DNA from: a virus | Lineage: Duplodnaviria > Heunggongvirae > Uroviricota > Caudoviricetes | DNA: 64,000 nucleotides | Reading direction: 5' to 3' (one strand) | Virus record (IMG/VR): IMGVR_UViG_2506381019_000003 | Location: 19,119-83,118 of that record | Shown: positions 36,738-46,441 of the stretch, one piece after another | Layout of the letters: every line of letters begins with the position of its first letter | Numbering within the stretch: the first letter of the stretch is position 1 | Notes under the pieces: generated by a model | What the model saw: the letters and a program-made list of their open reading frames with translations, nothing else | Told to the model about the DNA's origin: nothing | Databases searched by the model: none | Translations under genes and position numbers: made by a program

Positions 36738-36806
36738 CCCGGACGAATCCGGGGTCCGTACTTTCTGCGATCCGGCGCCCGCTGGAAACCAATCCGGGCG
36801 GGCGCC
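36738..36806 (-). terminator. Tandem GC hairpins (GGCGCCCGC...GCGGGCGCC and CCCGGAcgaaTCCGGG) just downstream of lsr2.
   Basis: Inverted repeats starting 8 nt after the stop codon. Confidence 0.45.
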
Positions 36807-36814
36807 AGGGCAGG

Positions 36815-37168
36815 TTAGAGCGACGCCGCGCCCCGCTGGGCCTTGTTGTAGGCCTCGACGACGTCCTTGGACATCCTGCCCCGGTCGCTGACCTGGTAGC
36901 CGTTGGCTCGGGCCCAGTTGCGAATCCGGGTGATGTGCTCGTCGGCCCTGCGGGAAATCCCGCTGGCGGCAGGCTTGCCGTTGGCGGGCTTGCTGGTGGC
37001 GCGCCGGGCCTTCGAGACGAACGGGGCCAGCGCCTCGCGGAGCTTGGCGGCGTTCGCCGCGGTGACATCGATCTCGTACTGGGCGCCGTCCAGGCCGAAC
37101 CGGACGGTTTCGTCGGCCGCCTCGCCGGTGATGTCGTCGATCAGCGAGATGACGGTCTTCTGGGCCAC
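36815..37168 (-). CDS. lsr2: Lsr2-family nucleoid-associated protein.
   Basis: 'VAQKTVISLIDDITGEAADETVRFGLDGAQYEIDVTAANAAKLREALAPFVSKARR...' with a C-terminal DNA-binding region. GTG start with a GGAGGA ribosome-binding site. Confidence 0.8.
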   Translation of the reverse strand: MAQKTVISLIDDITGEAADETVRFGLDGAQYEIDVTAANAAKLREALAPFVSKARRATSKPANGKPAASGISRRADEHITRIRNWARANGYQVSDRGRMSKDVVEAYNKAQRGAASL

Positions 37169-37224
37169 GGGTCCTCCGGGGATTGTCGGGCCGGCTCCTG
37201 GCCGGGTGAGCGACACCGTACACC

Positions 37225-37256
37225 GCAATTCGTGAAAGGTACTAATAACGAATTGC
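37225..37256. promoter_or_regulatory. 32-bp palindrome GCAATTCGTGAAAGGTACTAATAACGAATTGC in the lsr2 promoter region. It contains the recurring ATTCGTG-N4-GTACT motif.
   Basis: Visible in the sequence, about 60 bp upstream of the lsr2 start. Confidence 0.5.
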
Positions 37257-37645
37257 ACCGCCACTCCCCCGCCCGGATGCGGGTGACGGTGGGTGATGTC
37301 CGCCGGATGTCCGGGCGGACATCCGAAGCGCTGGTAGCTCGCGTGCGCCTGCGCGATAGGCGGGTGGACGTCCGGATGTCCGGAGTCGGACATGGTGACC
37401 GTAAGTGATCGTCGGGAGGGGTTCGACGCGAGCGCAGATCGCAACGATCAGTGGGAGCGGGGCGTTCGGAAATAGCGCTGACGCTCGATTCCAGGGTGGC
37501 GGCCCGGCCCCCGCCAGAGCGGGCCGCCACGAAGAACGGTACGGCCGGCGGGGCGGGGACAGTGTGGTCTCACAGCCGCCTGTGGATAACGTGAAGCGGG
37601 CCCCTACCCGGTGTGGGTAGAGGCCCGCTTCGGCGTTTCCGGGGG

Positions 37646-38602
37646 CTACCGGGTGACGGCGAACTCCGCGCCGGCGCCCGGCCAGCAGGAGAACCCGGCG
37701 GGGAGCTGCTGGCCCTTGTCGACCGCGGCGCGGAGCAGGGTCATGCACTGGGAAACCAGGACGTTCGGGTCCTGCGACACGGAGGCCGAGAGCGTTTCGT
37801 TCGCCTTCGCCTCGGCCGCCGCGGTGGCCTCCCGCTGGGTGGCGATGCGGGTCTGGGCGACCTCACCCTGAAGGGCGTTGATGCGGTCCTGCGTCGTCTT
37901 GTCGAACGCGACGTGGGAGATCACGACAGACTGGACCTCGACTGGGGCACCGACCCGGGCGGAGAGGGCCTTGGTGACCTGCTTGGACAGGTTGTCGTAG
38001 CTGGGGACCGCGTCGCCGCCGAGCGGGTTGTAGGTGCTGAACACGTCGTTCATGGCGGCGCGGAGATCCCTCGTCACCAGGCTGGCACGGACGTTGTCGA
38101 AGCCGCGGTAGTCGACGAACAGGTCGTCGGCGCTGCCGGGGTTGATCCTCCAGCGGGCGGAGGCGGACACGTAGGCCGTGGACTGGCTCGCGGTGCGGAC
38201 GACGATCTCGTTGCCCTCCCGGTCGCTGCCAGACGGCTCCGGGGCGTAGCTGTCAGTCTGGATCGCAGCGTCGAACGGGGTGACCTTCTGCCACGGCAGC
38301 TTGCCGTGGAGACCGTTGGAGAGCACGGTGCCGGTCGGTCGACCGAACGAGGTGACGATGCCGACCTTCTTCGTGCTCACCGACGTGACCGAGGACAGGA
38401 CGGTGAACAGGACGGCGAGGCCTGCGAAGAGGACAGCGACGCCGAGGGCGGCGCGGGCACCCTCGCGGCGGAGGGTCTGCAGGTCGGTGTCAGTGGTGCT
38501 GGCCGCAGCCTTCCGGGTCAGGATGCTGGCGGTGAGGGGCAGGAGGGTGAGCACGGCGAAGACGATCGCCGTGACGAACAGCTTGGGCAACGATGCTCCC
38601 AT
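37646..38602 (-). CDS. SPFH/Band-7 (prohibitin/HflC-like) membrane protein.
   Basis: N-terminal transmembrane segment, then an SPFH-like core ('KKVGIVTSFGRPTGTVLSNGLHGKLPWQKVTPFDAAIQTDSY ... VAFDKTTQDRINALQGE') and a coiled-coil tail. Confidence 0.6.
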   Translation of the reverse strand: MGASLPKLFVTAIVFAVLTLLPLTASILTRKAAASTTDTDLQTLRREGARAALGVAVLFAGLAVLFTVLSSVTSVSTKKVGIVTSFGRPTGTVLSNGLHGKLPWQKVTPFDAAIQTDSYAPEPSGSDREGNEIVVRTASQSTAYVSASARWRINPGSADDLFVDYRGFDNVRASLVTRDLRAAMNDVFSTYNPLGGDAVPSYDNLSKQVTKALSARVGAPVEVQSVVISHVAFDKTTQDRINALQGEVAQTRIATQREATAAAEAKANETLSASVSQDPNVLVSQCMTLLRAAVDKGQQLPAGFSCWPGAGAEFAVTR

Positions 38603-38619
38603 TGAATCGAACGTGTGTT

Positions 38620-39030
38620 CTACTTGCGGGTTGTGACTCTCCTGCTGGACGGCGAGCTCCGTCTTTCGCTCGCCCGGTCCGCCCCGCCGGCCGTGGTGCT
38701 GCGGCGGGTAGCGGAGCTGATGGGCCGCTGCGAGGCGGTCTGGGTGGACCTCGCGGACGGCAGCCGTGGGCTGGTCGTCTGGGGTCGGGTCAAGACGTGT
38801 GAGGTCCTGCCGTGACGGCGGTCGTCTTCGTCGTCGATCCCGTTCCGCGGGTTCACGTCGGGCTCGCACTCCCACCCGTCGTCGTCCCACTCGGCGACCT
38901 GGCCGGCCAGGCACAGCGGCGGGGCCGGACGGGGAGACGGACGAGACGGGGTGGAGCCGCACCCTGCCGCCGCAACCACCAGGGCCACGGCAGCAGCAGA
39001 GGTCAGCCGTAGGTGGTAGCGAGCACCCAT
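38620..39030 (-). CDS. Putative lipoprotein.
   Basis: Signal peptide with lipobox 'LVVAAAGCGS'. Confidence 0.45.
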   Translation of the reverse strand: MGARYHLRLTSAAAVALVVAAAGCGSTPSRPSPRPAPPLCLAGQVAEWDDDGWECEPDVNPRNGIDDEDDRRHGRTSHVLTRPQTTSPRLPSARSTQTASQRPISSATRRSTTAGGADRASERRSSPSSRRVTTRK

Positions 39031-39425
39031 CCCGGGGCCTCCTTCGCGGTGAGGCCGAGCGTTGCCAGAGCGGCGATGACCGGGGCTGCGAGGTCGGCGG
39101 CCGGGCGGGCGAGCAGTTCGGCCGAGACGACGCTGTCTCCCCAGTCGATGGCGCTCACGAGGGTGCCGCGGGTATGGAGCAGCAGCGCCGTGAACTCGTA
39201 GCCGTAGGTGGTCAGTTCGACGGGGGCGGCGTCCGGGGTGTCGACGTCGTAGGCGGGCAGCAGCCGGTCCCAGATGGCTGCTTCGTCGCCGGCGGGCGCG
39301 TCATGGAGCCACTCCGGGAGAAGCCGCATCCCGTACTCACCCTCGGGGAGCACGAGCCCGTCAAAGCCGTCGTCGCCGCCGCCGAGAGCGACACCGAAGG
39401 CGAGGTACGCCGTTGGGCTGGCCAT
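39003..39425 (-). CDS. Hypothetical protein, about 140 aa.
   Basis: Start 'MASPTAY' overlaps the upstream stop codon. Confidence 0.4.
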   Translation of the reverse strand: MASPTAYLAFGVALGGGDDGFDGLVLPEGEYGMRLLPEWLHDAPAGDEAAIWDRLLPAYDVDTPDAAPVELTTYGYEFTALLLHTRGTLVSAIDWGDSVVSAELLARPAADLAAPVIAALATLGLTAKEAPGWVLATTYG

Positions 39426-39843
39426 CAAACCTCTTCCGTGGTGGTGGGGTGGAGCGGGCTGGAGGAGACGAGCTGCACGGGCACCTCGTCTTCGTGGGGG
39501 CACGCGGCGCAGCCGGACGGGATGCCGTGCGCGCCGTTCTCGTGCATGCGGCAGACGTTGATCCGCCGGTCGTGGTCGTGGGTGCAGCGGAAATGAGCGG
39601 CGTGGGTCGCGCCCATCGCGCACTGGACTGGTTCGGGGCCAGCGAGGAGACCGGTGGCGAGCACGTCGCAGCGGGTCGCGCCGTCTTCCCGGCCGGAGCA
39701 CCAGTGGCACAGCCGCGGGGAGCCCTGCGGGTCCGGGACGGGCAGACAGGACACGTCCGACTGCCGGCCGGTCGGGCACGGGTCGTCGGCGGTGCAGCCG
39801 CACACCCGGCAGGAGGGCGAGGCGGGGGCCGGGGCGGTCATGC
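39425..39843 (-). CDS. Cys-rich metal-binding-like protein, about 139 aa.
   Basis: Roughly 16 Cys in CxxC / CxC patterns. Confidence 0.4.
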
Positions 39844-40356
39844 GGAACCGAAGTCGAAGGACATGAAGCCGTCGTCGTCCTCGTTGTGGAAGAACCCGAG
39901 GGCGTCGAGCCGCTTCTTGTCTTCGTCGCTCACCGTGGAGTAAGCGACGCAGACATACAGCGTGTCGTGCGCGCAGAAGGTCGGCGAGGACGGGTTGCCG
40001 TACCGGCGGAAGATCGTCAGTGCTTCGATCAGCGCGTCGAGGCCGGTCGGCTCGGCGGCGGTACCGGGCTCCGGGACGACGTCGTAGGTGCTGGCCCACA
40101 CACCGGACTCGATCGGGTAGTTCTCGCCCTGTACGCCTTCGGCGATGTACGAACCCAACGGGACGTTGATCCACGAGTCGTGCAGGTAGTCGTACACCTG
40201 CGCCAGGCCCTCGGAGCCGTGGCCGACGAACCCGAGGCCGGCTCCCGAGGGGACCGGGCCGCAGAACTCGGCGATCTCCCGGGCGCGTCCCGGGGTGCCG
40301 TCCCAGAGGATCATCCGGATCGGGATGGGCTTCTTCACTGCGGTGATCACGGTCAT
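39838..40356 (-). CDS. Hypothetical protein, about 172 aa.
   Basis: Start 'MTVITAVKKPIPIRMILWDG'. Confidence 0.4.
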   Translation of the reverse strand: MTVITAVKKPIPIRMILWDGTPGRAREIAEFCGPVPSGAGLGFVGHGSEGLAQVYDYLHDSWINVPLGSYIAEGVQGENYPIESGVWASTYDVVPEPGTAAEPTGLDALIEALTIFRRYGNPSSPTFCAHDTLYVCVAYSTVSDEDKKRLDALGFFHNEDDDGFMSFDFGSA

Positions 40357-41702
40357 GGGGTGGGCTGGTCCTTCGCGGGGGTGATGGTGAGGGTGGGCCG
40401 GTCCAGCCACAGGTCGTCATGCAGCTCCGGCTGCGAAGCGGAGATGTAGACCTGGGAGCCATCCATCCGGCCCGGGTCGACAGTGCCGGTCACGGTGACC
40501 GTGACCCGGGTGCCGAGAGCGGGCCGTCCGTGCTCGTCCCGCTCGACGGCGGGGGGCCGGGCGACAACTCTCAGGTCCAGCTCGGCGGTGAGCCGTTCGA
40601 GCTCGGCCGTCGTCTCGGCCCACCGCGCGGCGGCTTCCGGTCCGACCAGCGCCTCGGCTGTGATCGACCCGGGCGCCGGCGTGCCGGCGTCGCCGAGGGC
40701 GCGGCGAAGGAGGAACGCTGCGCGCCGCAGGCCGGCGGCCGAACCGCGGCGCCCTGCGGCCTTACGGAGCCCGGCCGGGGTGGTGTTCGTGTCGCCGAGT
40801 GCCAGCTGGTCGGCCTCGGTGTCGAGTCGGGCGGCAAGGTCCCGCGCGGCGGCCAGCAGCCCCTCGGCCGCCAGGGCGCGCTCCTCCATCACGAGGAGGC
40901 CGGCGGTCACCCGGTCCAGCTCGGCTCCGAGACGGATAGCGGGGGATGTCTCGTCCGGGCCCCATGCCTCCAGCCGGTTCGCGCGGGCCGTGGCGTCGCG
41001 CCGCTGGCAGACGAGATCGCGGATCCGGGCACGGAGCCGGCCGCGGGCATCCTCAGCGGCGTCGGCGCGGCGTTCTGCGGCTTCCCGTGCCTGGTGCGGG
41101 GTGAGCCGGCCGGCGCGCTGCAGCCGGAAGATGAACTCGTCCATCTCGCCCGCGCGGCTGACGGTCATCTCGATGCCACGGCCGTCCGCCCGGCCTTCGT
41201 CGACATCGGCCGGCATCGAGATCGGTGTCTCGGCGTAGTTCGGGGCGTCGCCGAGCATGCCGCGGGCGGCTGCCGCCCACAGGGCGACGACTTCCCGGGC
41301 CGGTTGGAGGGAGAGGTGGACGCCGTCCGGGCCGGTGGTCATCTCCCGGAAGAGACTGGTTCGCTCGATGTGGCCTTCGACCGCGTGCTGGAGCTGCTCG
41401 GCGAGGTCGGCGATGGTCTGTTCGGCGCGGCGTTCGTACTCCATCCGGTCGACCGACCAGTTCATGCCGTCGACGGACAGGTGGTAGCCGAGGTGGTCCG
41501 GGGGGCCGATGCACACCCCGTGGTGCCACGGGTTCGGGTCCGAGTTGGGGCGGTTGGTGCCGGTGGAGATGTGGGCGCAGCCGCCTGCGGCGCGAACCTC
41601 CCGGGCCAGGGCGATCGTGGTGTCGTCCGGGCGGCTGCTCGGGTAGTAGACCGCAGCGGCAGCCGTCAGGCGGGCGCCCAGGTCGTCAGGCAGGTCAGAC
41701 AT
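40353..41702 (-). CDS. Hypothetical coiled-coil protein, 449 aa.
   Basis: ORF present in the ORF track. Confidence 0.45.
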   Translation of the reverse strand: MSDLPDDLGARLTAAAAVYYPSSRPDDTTIALAREVRAAGGCAHISTGTNRPNSDPNPWHHGVCIGPPDHLGYHLSVDGMNWSVDRMEYERRAEQTIADLAEQLQHAVEGHIERTSLFREMTTGPDGVHLSLQPAREVVALWAAAARGMLGDAPNYAETPISMPADVDEGRADGRGIEMTVSRAGEMDEFIFRLQRAGRLTPHQAREAAERRADAAEDARGRLRARIRDLVCQRRDATARANRLEAWGPDETSPAIRLGAELDRVTAGLLVMEERALAAEGLLAAARDLAARLDTEADQLALGDTNTTPAGLRKAAGRRGSAAGLRRAAFLLRRALGDAGTPAPGSITAEALVGPEAAARWAETTAELERLTAELDLRVVARPPAVERDEHGRPALGTRVTVTVTGTVDPGRMDGSQVYISASQPELHDDLWLDRPTLTITPAKDQPTP

Positions 41703-42390
41703 CGGGTGTTCCTTCGGCTCTGCTGGTGGCCTTGCGGGCGGCTTCGAGTGCGGCCGTCATCGCCCGTTCGACCCGGCCGCCGGGCCGGAAAGCGCGCTGG
41801 GGCATGCCGATCGCTGCCCGGTAGGCGGCGAGGGCGGCGGACAGCTCCCGGGTTTCCGGGGCGAGGTCGGGGGCCGGTTCGACGTCGAGGTCGTAAAGCC
41901 GGCGGAGAACGTCGCCGACCGCGCTCTCGTAGGCGATGGCGTACACCTCGGGCTCGCCGACAGACGGGGTGAAGCCACGGAGCCGGGCGAGACGCTCCCG
42001 CCGATCGGCCAGCTCGGCGCGGAGCTGGTCGCGCTCCTGCTCGGCTGTCTTGGCACGCTGACGTGCGTCGTCGCGTTCGATGCGGACTAGGCGGCCGGCG
42101 GAGATCGCGAGCCGCTTCGCCATCTCCAGCCGGCGCCGCCCATCGGGTTCGACGGCCATCTTCAGCTCGGCGGCCTCGGCCTCGGCCGCCGCGGCGGTGT
42201 GCTGCAGGGCGGAGACCTCTTGCACGGCGTTGTGCAGGACGTCGGCATCCACCCGGTCAGGTGGGCCAGCGGGGAACACGGCGGTGAGGAGGGCGCGGAG
42301 CTCGCGGACGAACCGGCCCTCGGAGTCGTCGATGGGTGTGATGAACAGGCAGGTGTGCTTGACGTCGCCGCTCATCCGGCCAACTCCCAC
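41695..42390 (-). CDS. Hypothetical coiled-coil protein, 231 aa.
   Basis: ORF present in the ORF track. Confidence 0.4.
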   Translation of the reverse strand: MGVGRMSGDVKHTCLFITPIDDSEGRFVRELRALLTAVFPAGPPDRVDADVLHNAVQEVSALQHTAAAAEAEAAELKMAVEPDGRRRLEMAKRLAISAGRLVRIERDDARQRAKTAEQERDQLRAELADRRERLARLRGFTPSVGEPEVYAIAYESAVGDVLRRLYDLDVEPAPDLAPETRELSAALAAYRAAIGMPQRAFRPGGRVERAMTAALEAARKATSRAEGTPDV

Positions 42391-42712
42391 GGGGCCAGCA
42401 CGTCGAGCGTGAGCACCTCGGCGTCGGGCCCGAGCCGGCCGGCGGCTTCCCGCGCGGCCGGCTCCTGCAGGTGCGCGCCGCCGAACGGGCGGATCCCGTT
42501 CGTGTCGGGCGCACCGACGGCGAGGAACACCCGGGTGGGCGGGGGCTGGTCGTCGGTGAAGGCGGTCTCGGCGTCTTCCAGGGCCCGGCGGGCCTGGGCG
42601 ATGTGGCGTCGGGCGGACTCCGGCCGGCCAGTCTGGGCGCAGGCACGCGCATGGCTGGCGTGGGCGGTGGCGGCGACTAGCAGGTCGACTGCAGCGGTAC
42701 TGGCCACGGGCT
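42372..42712 (-). CDS. Hypothetical protein, about 110 aa. The 5' part of the ORF-track ORF is junk.
   Basis: Only the C-terminal part is protein-like. Confidence 0.25.
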
Positions 42713-43950
42713 CACACCTCCTGGTCTGTGCGGAACGGGAGGGAGTGCTCGGGGCGCAGGGAGCGCCAGAGCGCGGGCAGGGAGGAGTAGCCGTCGAGCT
42801 CGCGGAGGACCGCGCCGCGTACCAGCGGGGTGAGGCTCTGCAGGGAGGCGAAGAACTGCTTCCGGTCATCGCGGAGGCGGTCGCGGGCGCCGAACTCGAT
42901 CTGCACGGTGTCGTGGAGGCTGGCGAGATCGGCTTCCAGGCCGTTGCGGACGCCGCGGGCCCAGTCGTCGAACTCGTCCGGGACCTGCGCGAGGAGCTCC
43001 GCGAACGGGCCGCCTTCGACAGCGCGGAGGCGGGTGATGTCGGCGGCCGGGCAGCCCAGGGTCTGGGCGAGTTCTTTGTCGGTGAGCGTCGCGGCGAAAA
43101 GCTCGACGCCGGTGTATCGCCAGACGTCGCGGGCGCTGGTTCCCGTAAGGGCCCTATGCAACCGGACATAATCGGCCATCTTGATCTTTACGCGAGTACC
43201 GGAGGCGAACCGAACGACGTAACCTTCTTCCTCCGTTCCGGAGACGGTCCGGCCTCGGTGCGTGCGGCTCTCGGTCGCCAACGCAGCGATTTCCCCGAGC
43301 GGGGGCAGGTCGACGTCGCGCCAGTGGGATGCGGACAGACCCCACGGCCAGCGGGTGGCGGTGTCCTCGTAGTCGAGTTCGGCGCCGTCGGACTGGATGG
43401 CTGCGAGGAATGTGAGCCCTTCTCCGTCGAGCCCGTAGTCGACGACGATCCTGTTCTCGGCGTAGATCATCTCGGCGAGATAGGTGACCTCGGGATTCAG
43501 GTCAGCTGTGTTCGCGAGGTCGAGCTGCCGTTGAGCCCAGAGCGCCTGTTCGCTGGCGAACGATCCCTTAGAAGCGGCGTGCCACTTCCCATCGAAGTGA
43601 AAGATGATTGCGAGTGAGCCATCTATTTTGCCGAACAGCTCGAATGGCTCGTGTAGCGGGAGCGGCGGCGCGTACGGCCTCCCCGCTAGGTGCTCCCCGT
43701 AGTTGAAGAACTTCTCGAAGGGCCGGGCGATGACACGGCCGCTGGCGCGGTGGACGACCAGGCCGCGGCACCGTGTGGTGATCGCGTCCCACTCGGCCTT
43801 GTACTGGCAGGTCCGGGTGTAGGTGAGGATGTCGAGCGGCAGGTCGGGGTGGGGCTTGCGGGTGACCAGCCCGGCCGTGATGTGCCGGTCGAGCTGGTCG
43901 AGGTCGAACAGGTCGTAGATGTGGACCGGCGCGGGGGCGGTGGTGGTCAT
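42712..43950 (-). CDS. ATP-dependent RNA ligase, nucleotidyltransferase superfamily.
   Basis: Motif I 'ELFGKIDGSLAII' (KxDG lysine). 412 aa. Adjacent to the pnkp gene. Confidence 0.6.
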   Translation of the reverse strand: MTTTAPAPVHIYDLFDLDQLDRHITAGLVTRKPHPDLPLDILTYTRTCQYKAEWDAITTRCRGLVVHRASGRVIARPFEKFFNYGEHLAGRPYAPPLPLHEPFELFGKIDGSLAIIFHFDGKWHAASKGSFASEQALWAQRQLDLANTADLNPEVTYLAEMIYAENRIVVDYGLDGEGLTFLAAIQSDGAELDYEDTATRWPWGLSASHWRDVDLPPLGEIAALATESRTHRGRTVSGTEEEGYVVRFASGTRVKIKMADYVRLHRALTGTSARDVWRYTGVELFAATLTDKELAQTLGCPAADITRLRAVEGGPFAELLAQVPDEFDDWARGVRNGLEADLASLHDTVQIEFGARDRLRDDRKQFFASLQSLTPLVRGAVLRELDGYSSLPALWRSLRPEHSLPFRTDQEV

Positions 43951-44894
43951 CAGAAATTGCCTTCTGCGACTTGGAAAACGGTCAGGCCGATCTGGCGCCA
44001 GCCCGCAACAACGGAAGCCCGGTCGTCGAAAACCCCGGTAACCCGGTAGTTGTGGCGGATCTCCCGATCGAAGATCTCCATCTTCACGATGAGGTCTTTG
44101 CGGGAGTCGCCAATGGCGCGCATGAACAGGCCCTCGTGCGGGCGGCGGACGTAGGAGGAGAGCCAGGCGTGGGTGTCCGCGCGGCAGCCGGCGGAGCGGC
44201 CGGACAGGTAGATGATGCGGTGGCCGGCGGACTGCATTGCCTTGACGGCGATGATGACCGGCCAGTTCGGCAGGTCCTCAGAGACGCGGTTTTCGTCGTA
44301 CGGGTCGCGTCCGTTGTGGAGGCACAGGGTGCCGTCCAGGTCGACCAGAATGGCGTCCGGCTTGCCCTCGGGCAGGGTGTAGGGCAGGAACACCGGCGTG
44401 GGATGGATCTTGGGGAGTTCGAGGGGCAGCTTCTTCCCTGCCAGGAAACGGCGGTGCTGGTTGCGGATCGCCTGCTCGCCCACCCGGGCGCCCGTGACCG
44501 CGCCGGGCATGGGCTCCGGGCGGAGCGTGTCACGGCGGACGCACAGCTCCACGTCGACGTCGGTCAGGTCGAGTACGGAGAACAGGGCGCCGGCCCGGAG
44601 CGCGGTCTCCATCCAGTGACGTACGTACTGGGCGGCCAGGTTCATCTCGTCGACGATCACGTTCACGCCGGCGCGGAGCAGGGTGTTGACCTGGGCGTCG
44701 CGGACGGCGGTCACGTGCTTCTCGCCTGCGGTGTCGCCGTAGGTGAGGCCGAGCTGGTCGCGGAGCGGGTCGCGGCTCACCACCACGGCGCGGTGGCCGG
44801 CGGCGCGGAGCTGGTCACGGCGGCGGCGGGCCGCGGTGCTCTTCCCGGAGCCGGGCAGGCCGCGGGTGATGGTCAGGGTGGGACGGTCGGTCAC
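43950..44894 (-). CDS. pnkp: Polynucleotide kinase-phosphatase: P-loop kinase domain plus HAD-type 3'-phosphatase domain.
   Basis: 'TITRGLPGSGKST' Walker A and 'AILVDLDGTLCLH' DxDGT motif. GTGA-overlap start. Confidence 0.7.
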   Translation of the reverse strand: MTDRPTLTITRGLPGSGKSTAARRRRDQLRAAGHRAVVVSRDPLRDQLGLTYGDTAGEKHVTAVRDAQVNTLLRAGVNVIVDEMNLAAQYVRHWMETALRAGALFSVLDLTDVDVELCVRRDTLRPEPMPGAVTGARVGEQAIRNQHRRFLAGKKLPLELPKIHPTPVFLPYTLPEGKPDAILVDLDGTLCLHNGRDPYDENRVSEDLPNWPVIIAVKAMQSAGHRIIYLSGRSAGCRADTHAWLSSYVRRPHEGLFMRAIGDSRKDLIVKMEIFDREIRHNYRVTGVFDDRASVVAGWRQIGLTVFQVAEGNF

Positions 44895-45826
44895 AGCCTC
44901 CGCTCCCTGATCGGCCCGCCGGCCTGCGGTTCGACGTAGCCGGTGCCCGCGCAGTGCCCGCACGGCGTCTCGGCTACGGCCTCCGCAACATCGGCACACA
45001 CCTCCGCGGTGAATTCCTCCAACGTCGCGAGAGCGGCAACGACGTTCTCCCCGCGGATCTCACGCCCGAGATGGACGGTGAAGTACAACGTTCGCCGGTC
45101 GGGCTTGTTCTCGAAGCGGGGTCGACGTGCCCGGGGCCCGGACACGTCCACCCGGATCGTTCGTCCCGGCTGGTAGGCCCGGCGGACCGTGAGGTTGAAC
45201 TCGTGCGGGTTGCTGTGATCCCACCAGTCGATATCCGCAGTTGGAACCGCGCGCCGGACAGCGTCTACCAATCCCCGCTGATAGCCGGTCAGCTTGCCGG
45301 GGAACAGCCGGCCATATTCCGGCCAGTTACCCAGCACGTAGGGAAGATCCGGTGTCCAACTGCAGCCGGAAGGAAGAACCGGGAGGTCTCCATCCAGGAG
45401 GATGGCGTCGGAGATCTCCAGGGTGACAATGTCGCCGGGAACATCCTCACGGATCGTCCGGTACAGGAGCCCGAAGGTCTCCCAATCCTGATCCAGCCTT
45501 TTCCTGCCCTCCTCCACGGTGAGGGTGAGCGGGTACTTCGCCGACTCGGTTTCCGGGTCCTCAAGCTGGTAACCGGTCACGCGGGTGCTACCAGGAAGGT
45601 GTGCGTGGAGCGGGCCCGCTGTGCCGGTGGGGACGATCCACCAGTTCTCGACCGGCAGCGCCTGAAGGCGTGTTCCGTCGGCGGTGGTCCATCGGTCGAT
45701 GGAGGTCCAACTTCCCTGGGGCTTCGCGGGGACGTCGGCACCGCGGTCGTTAAGGCCCTCCGTGGTGCTGGGCAGATGGTAGGCGGTGCGCCCATCGGGC
45801 AGCCGGATGGCGAAGCGGTCAGGCAT
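44891..45826 (-). CDS. Hypothetical protein, 311 aa.
   Basis: ORF present in the ORF track. Confidence 0.4.
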   Translation of the reverse strand: MPDRFAIRLPDGRTAYHLPSTTEGLNDRGADVPAKPQGSWTSIDRWTTADGTRLQALPVENWWIVPTGTAGPLHAHLPGSTRVTGYQLEDPETESAKYPLTLTVEEGRKRLDQDWETFGLLYRTIREDVPGDIVTLEISDAILLDGDLPVLPSGCSWTPDLPYVLGNWPEYGRLFPGKLTGYQRGLVDAVRRAVPTADIDWWDHSNPHEFNLTVRRAYQPGRTIRVDVSGPRARRPRFENKPDRRTLYFTVHLGREIRGENVVAALATLEEFTAEVCADVAEAVAETPCGHCAGTGYVEPQAGGPIRERRL

Positions 45827-46256
45827 CGGAGGTCACCGGCTTCCCGCCACGGAGAACCAGCGTCAGGCCGGCGGGGAGGTCCTCCGGGCCGATGAAGACG
45901 CCGTCCGAGCGGACCCATGGGTGGTAGTCCCGGGGGGCGTCGGGTGCGTAGAAGAACGTCCGCTCGTCGTCTTCGGCGGTGACGACGTCGCCGGGCTCGG
46001 CCATGGCCGGGTCGTACGGCGGCGGCGGGGTGACCAGCCGGCCGTCGCGGAGCAGGAGCCGGGTGTCCTCGGGGAAGGCACTGGCTCCGTACCAGTCCCA
46101 GTCCCTGCCGCTTTGCATCGTGCCGGCCCAGGGCTCGTTGTCGTCAGCGATCAGCGTCCACACACGCCCCGTTGAGGGCGAGAAGGCGACGTCGCCCTGC
46201 TGGTAGGGCGCCCCGTCTTTGAAAGGGATGCCGGGCAGGTCGTCCTGAACAGTCAT
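45819..46256 (-). CDS. Hypothetical protein, 145 aa.
   Basis: ORF present in the ORF track. Confidence 0.4.
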   Translation of the reverse strand: MTVQDDLPGIPFKDGAPYQQGDVAFSPSTGRVWTLIADDNEPWAGTMQSGRDWDWYGASAFPEDTRLLLRDGRLVTPPPPYDPAMAEPGDVVTAEDDERTFFYAPDAPRDYHPWVRSDGVFIGPEDLPAGLTLVLRGGKPVTSDA

Positions 46257-46293
46257 GGTCGTTTCCGTTTCTGCTGGTGTCCGGGCCTGTACC

Positions 46294-46336
46294 GGCGCTG
46301 TCCCGACCCGATCGGGGGGGAAGGTCGGGACAGCGC
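46294..46336. terminator. Hairpin with a 13-bp perfect stem (GGCGCTGTCCCGACC...GGTCGGGACAGCGC).
   Basis: Inverted repeat in a 185-bp gap. Confidence 0.45.
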
Positions 46337-46441
46337 TGGAACCGGTCCGGGGGTGGGGGCTGGTGTCGACCGGCTATGCCCCCGTGCGGGTGCTGCGGTG
46401 AGTCCCGCAGCAGACGGCCATCCGCCAGCCCCGGACCGGTC

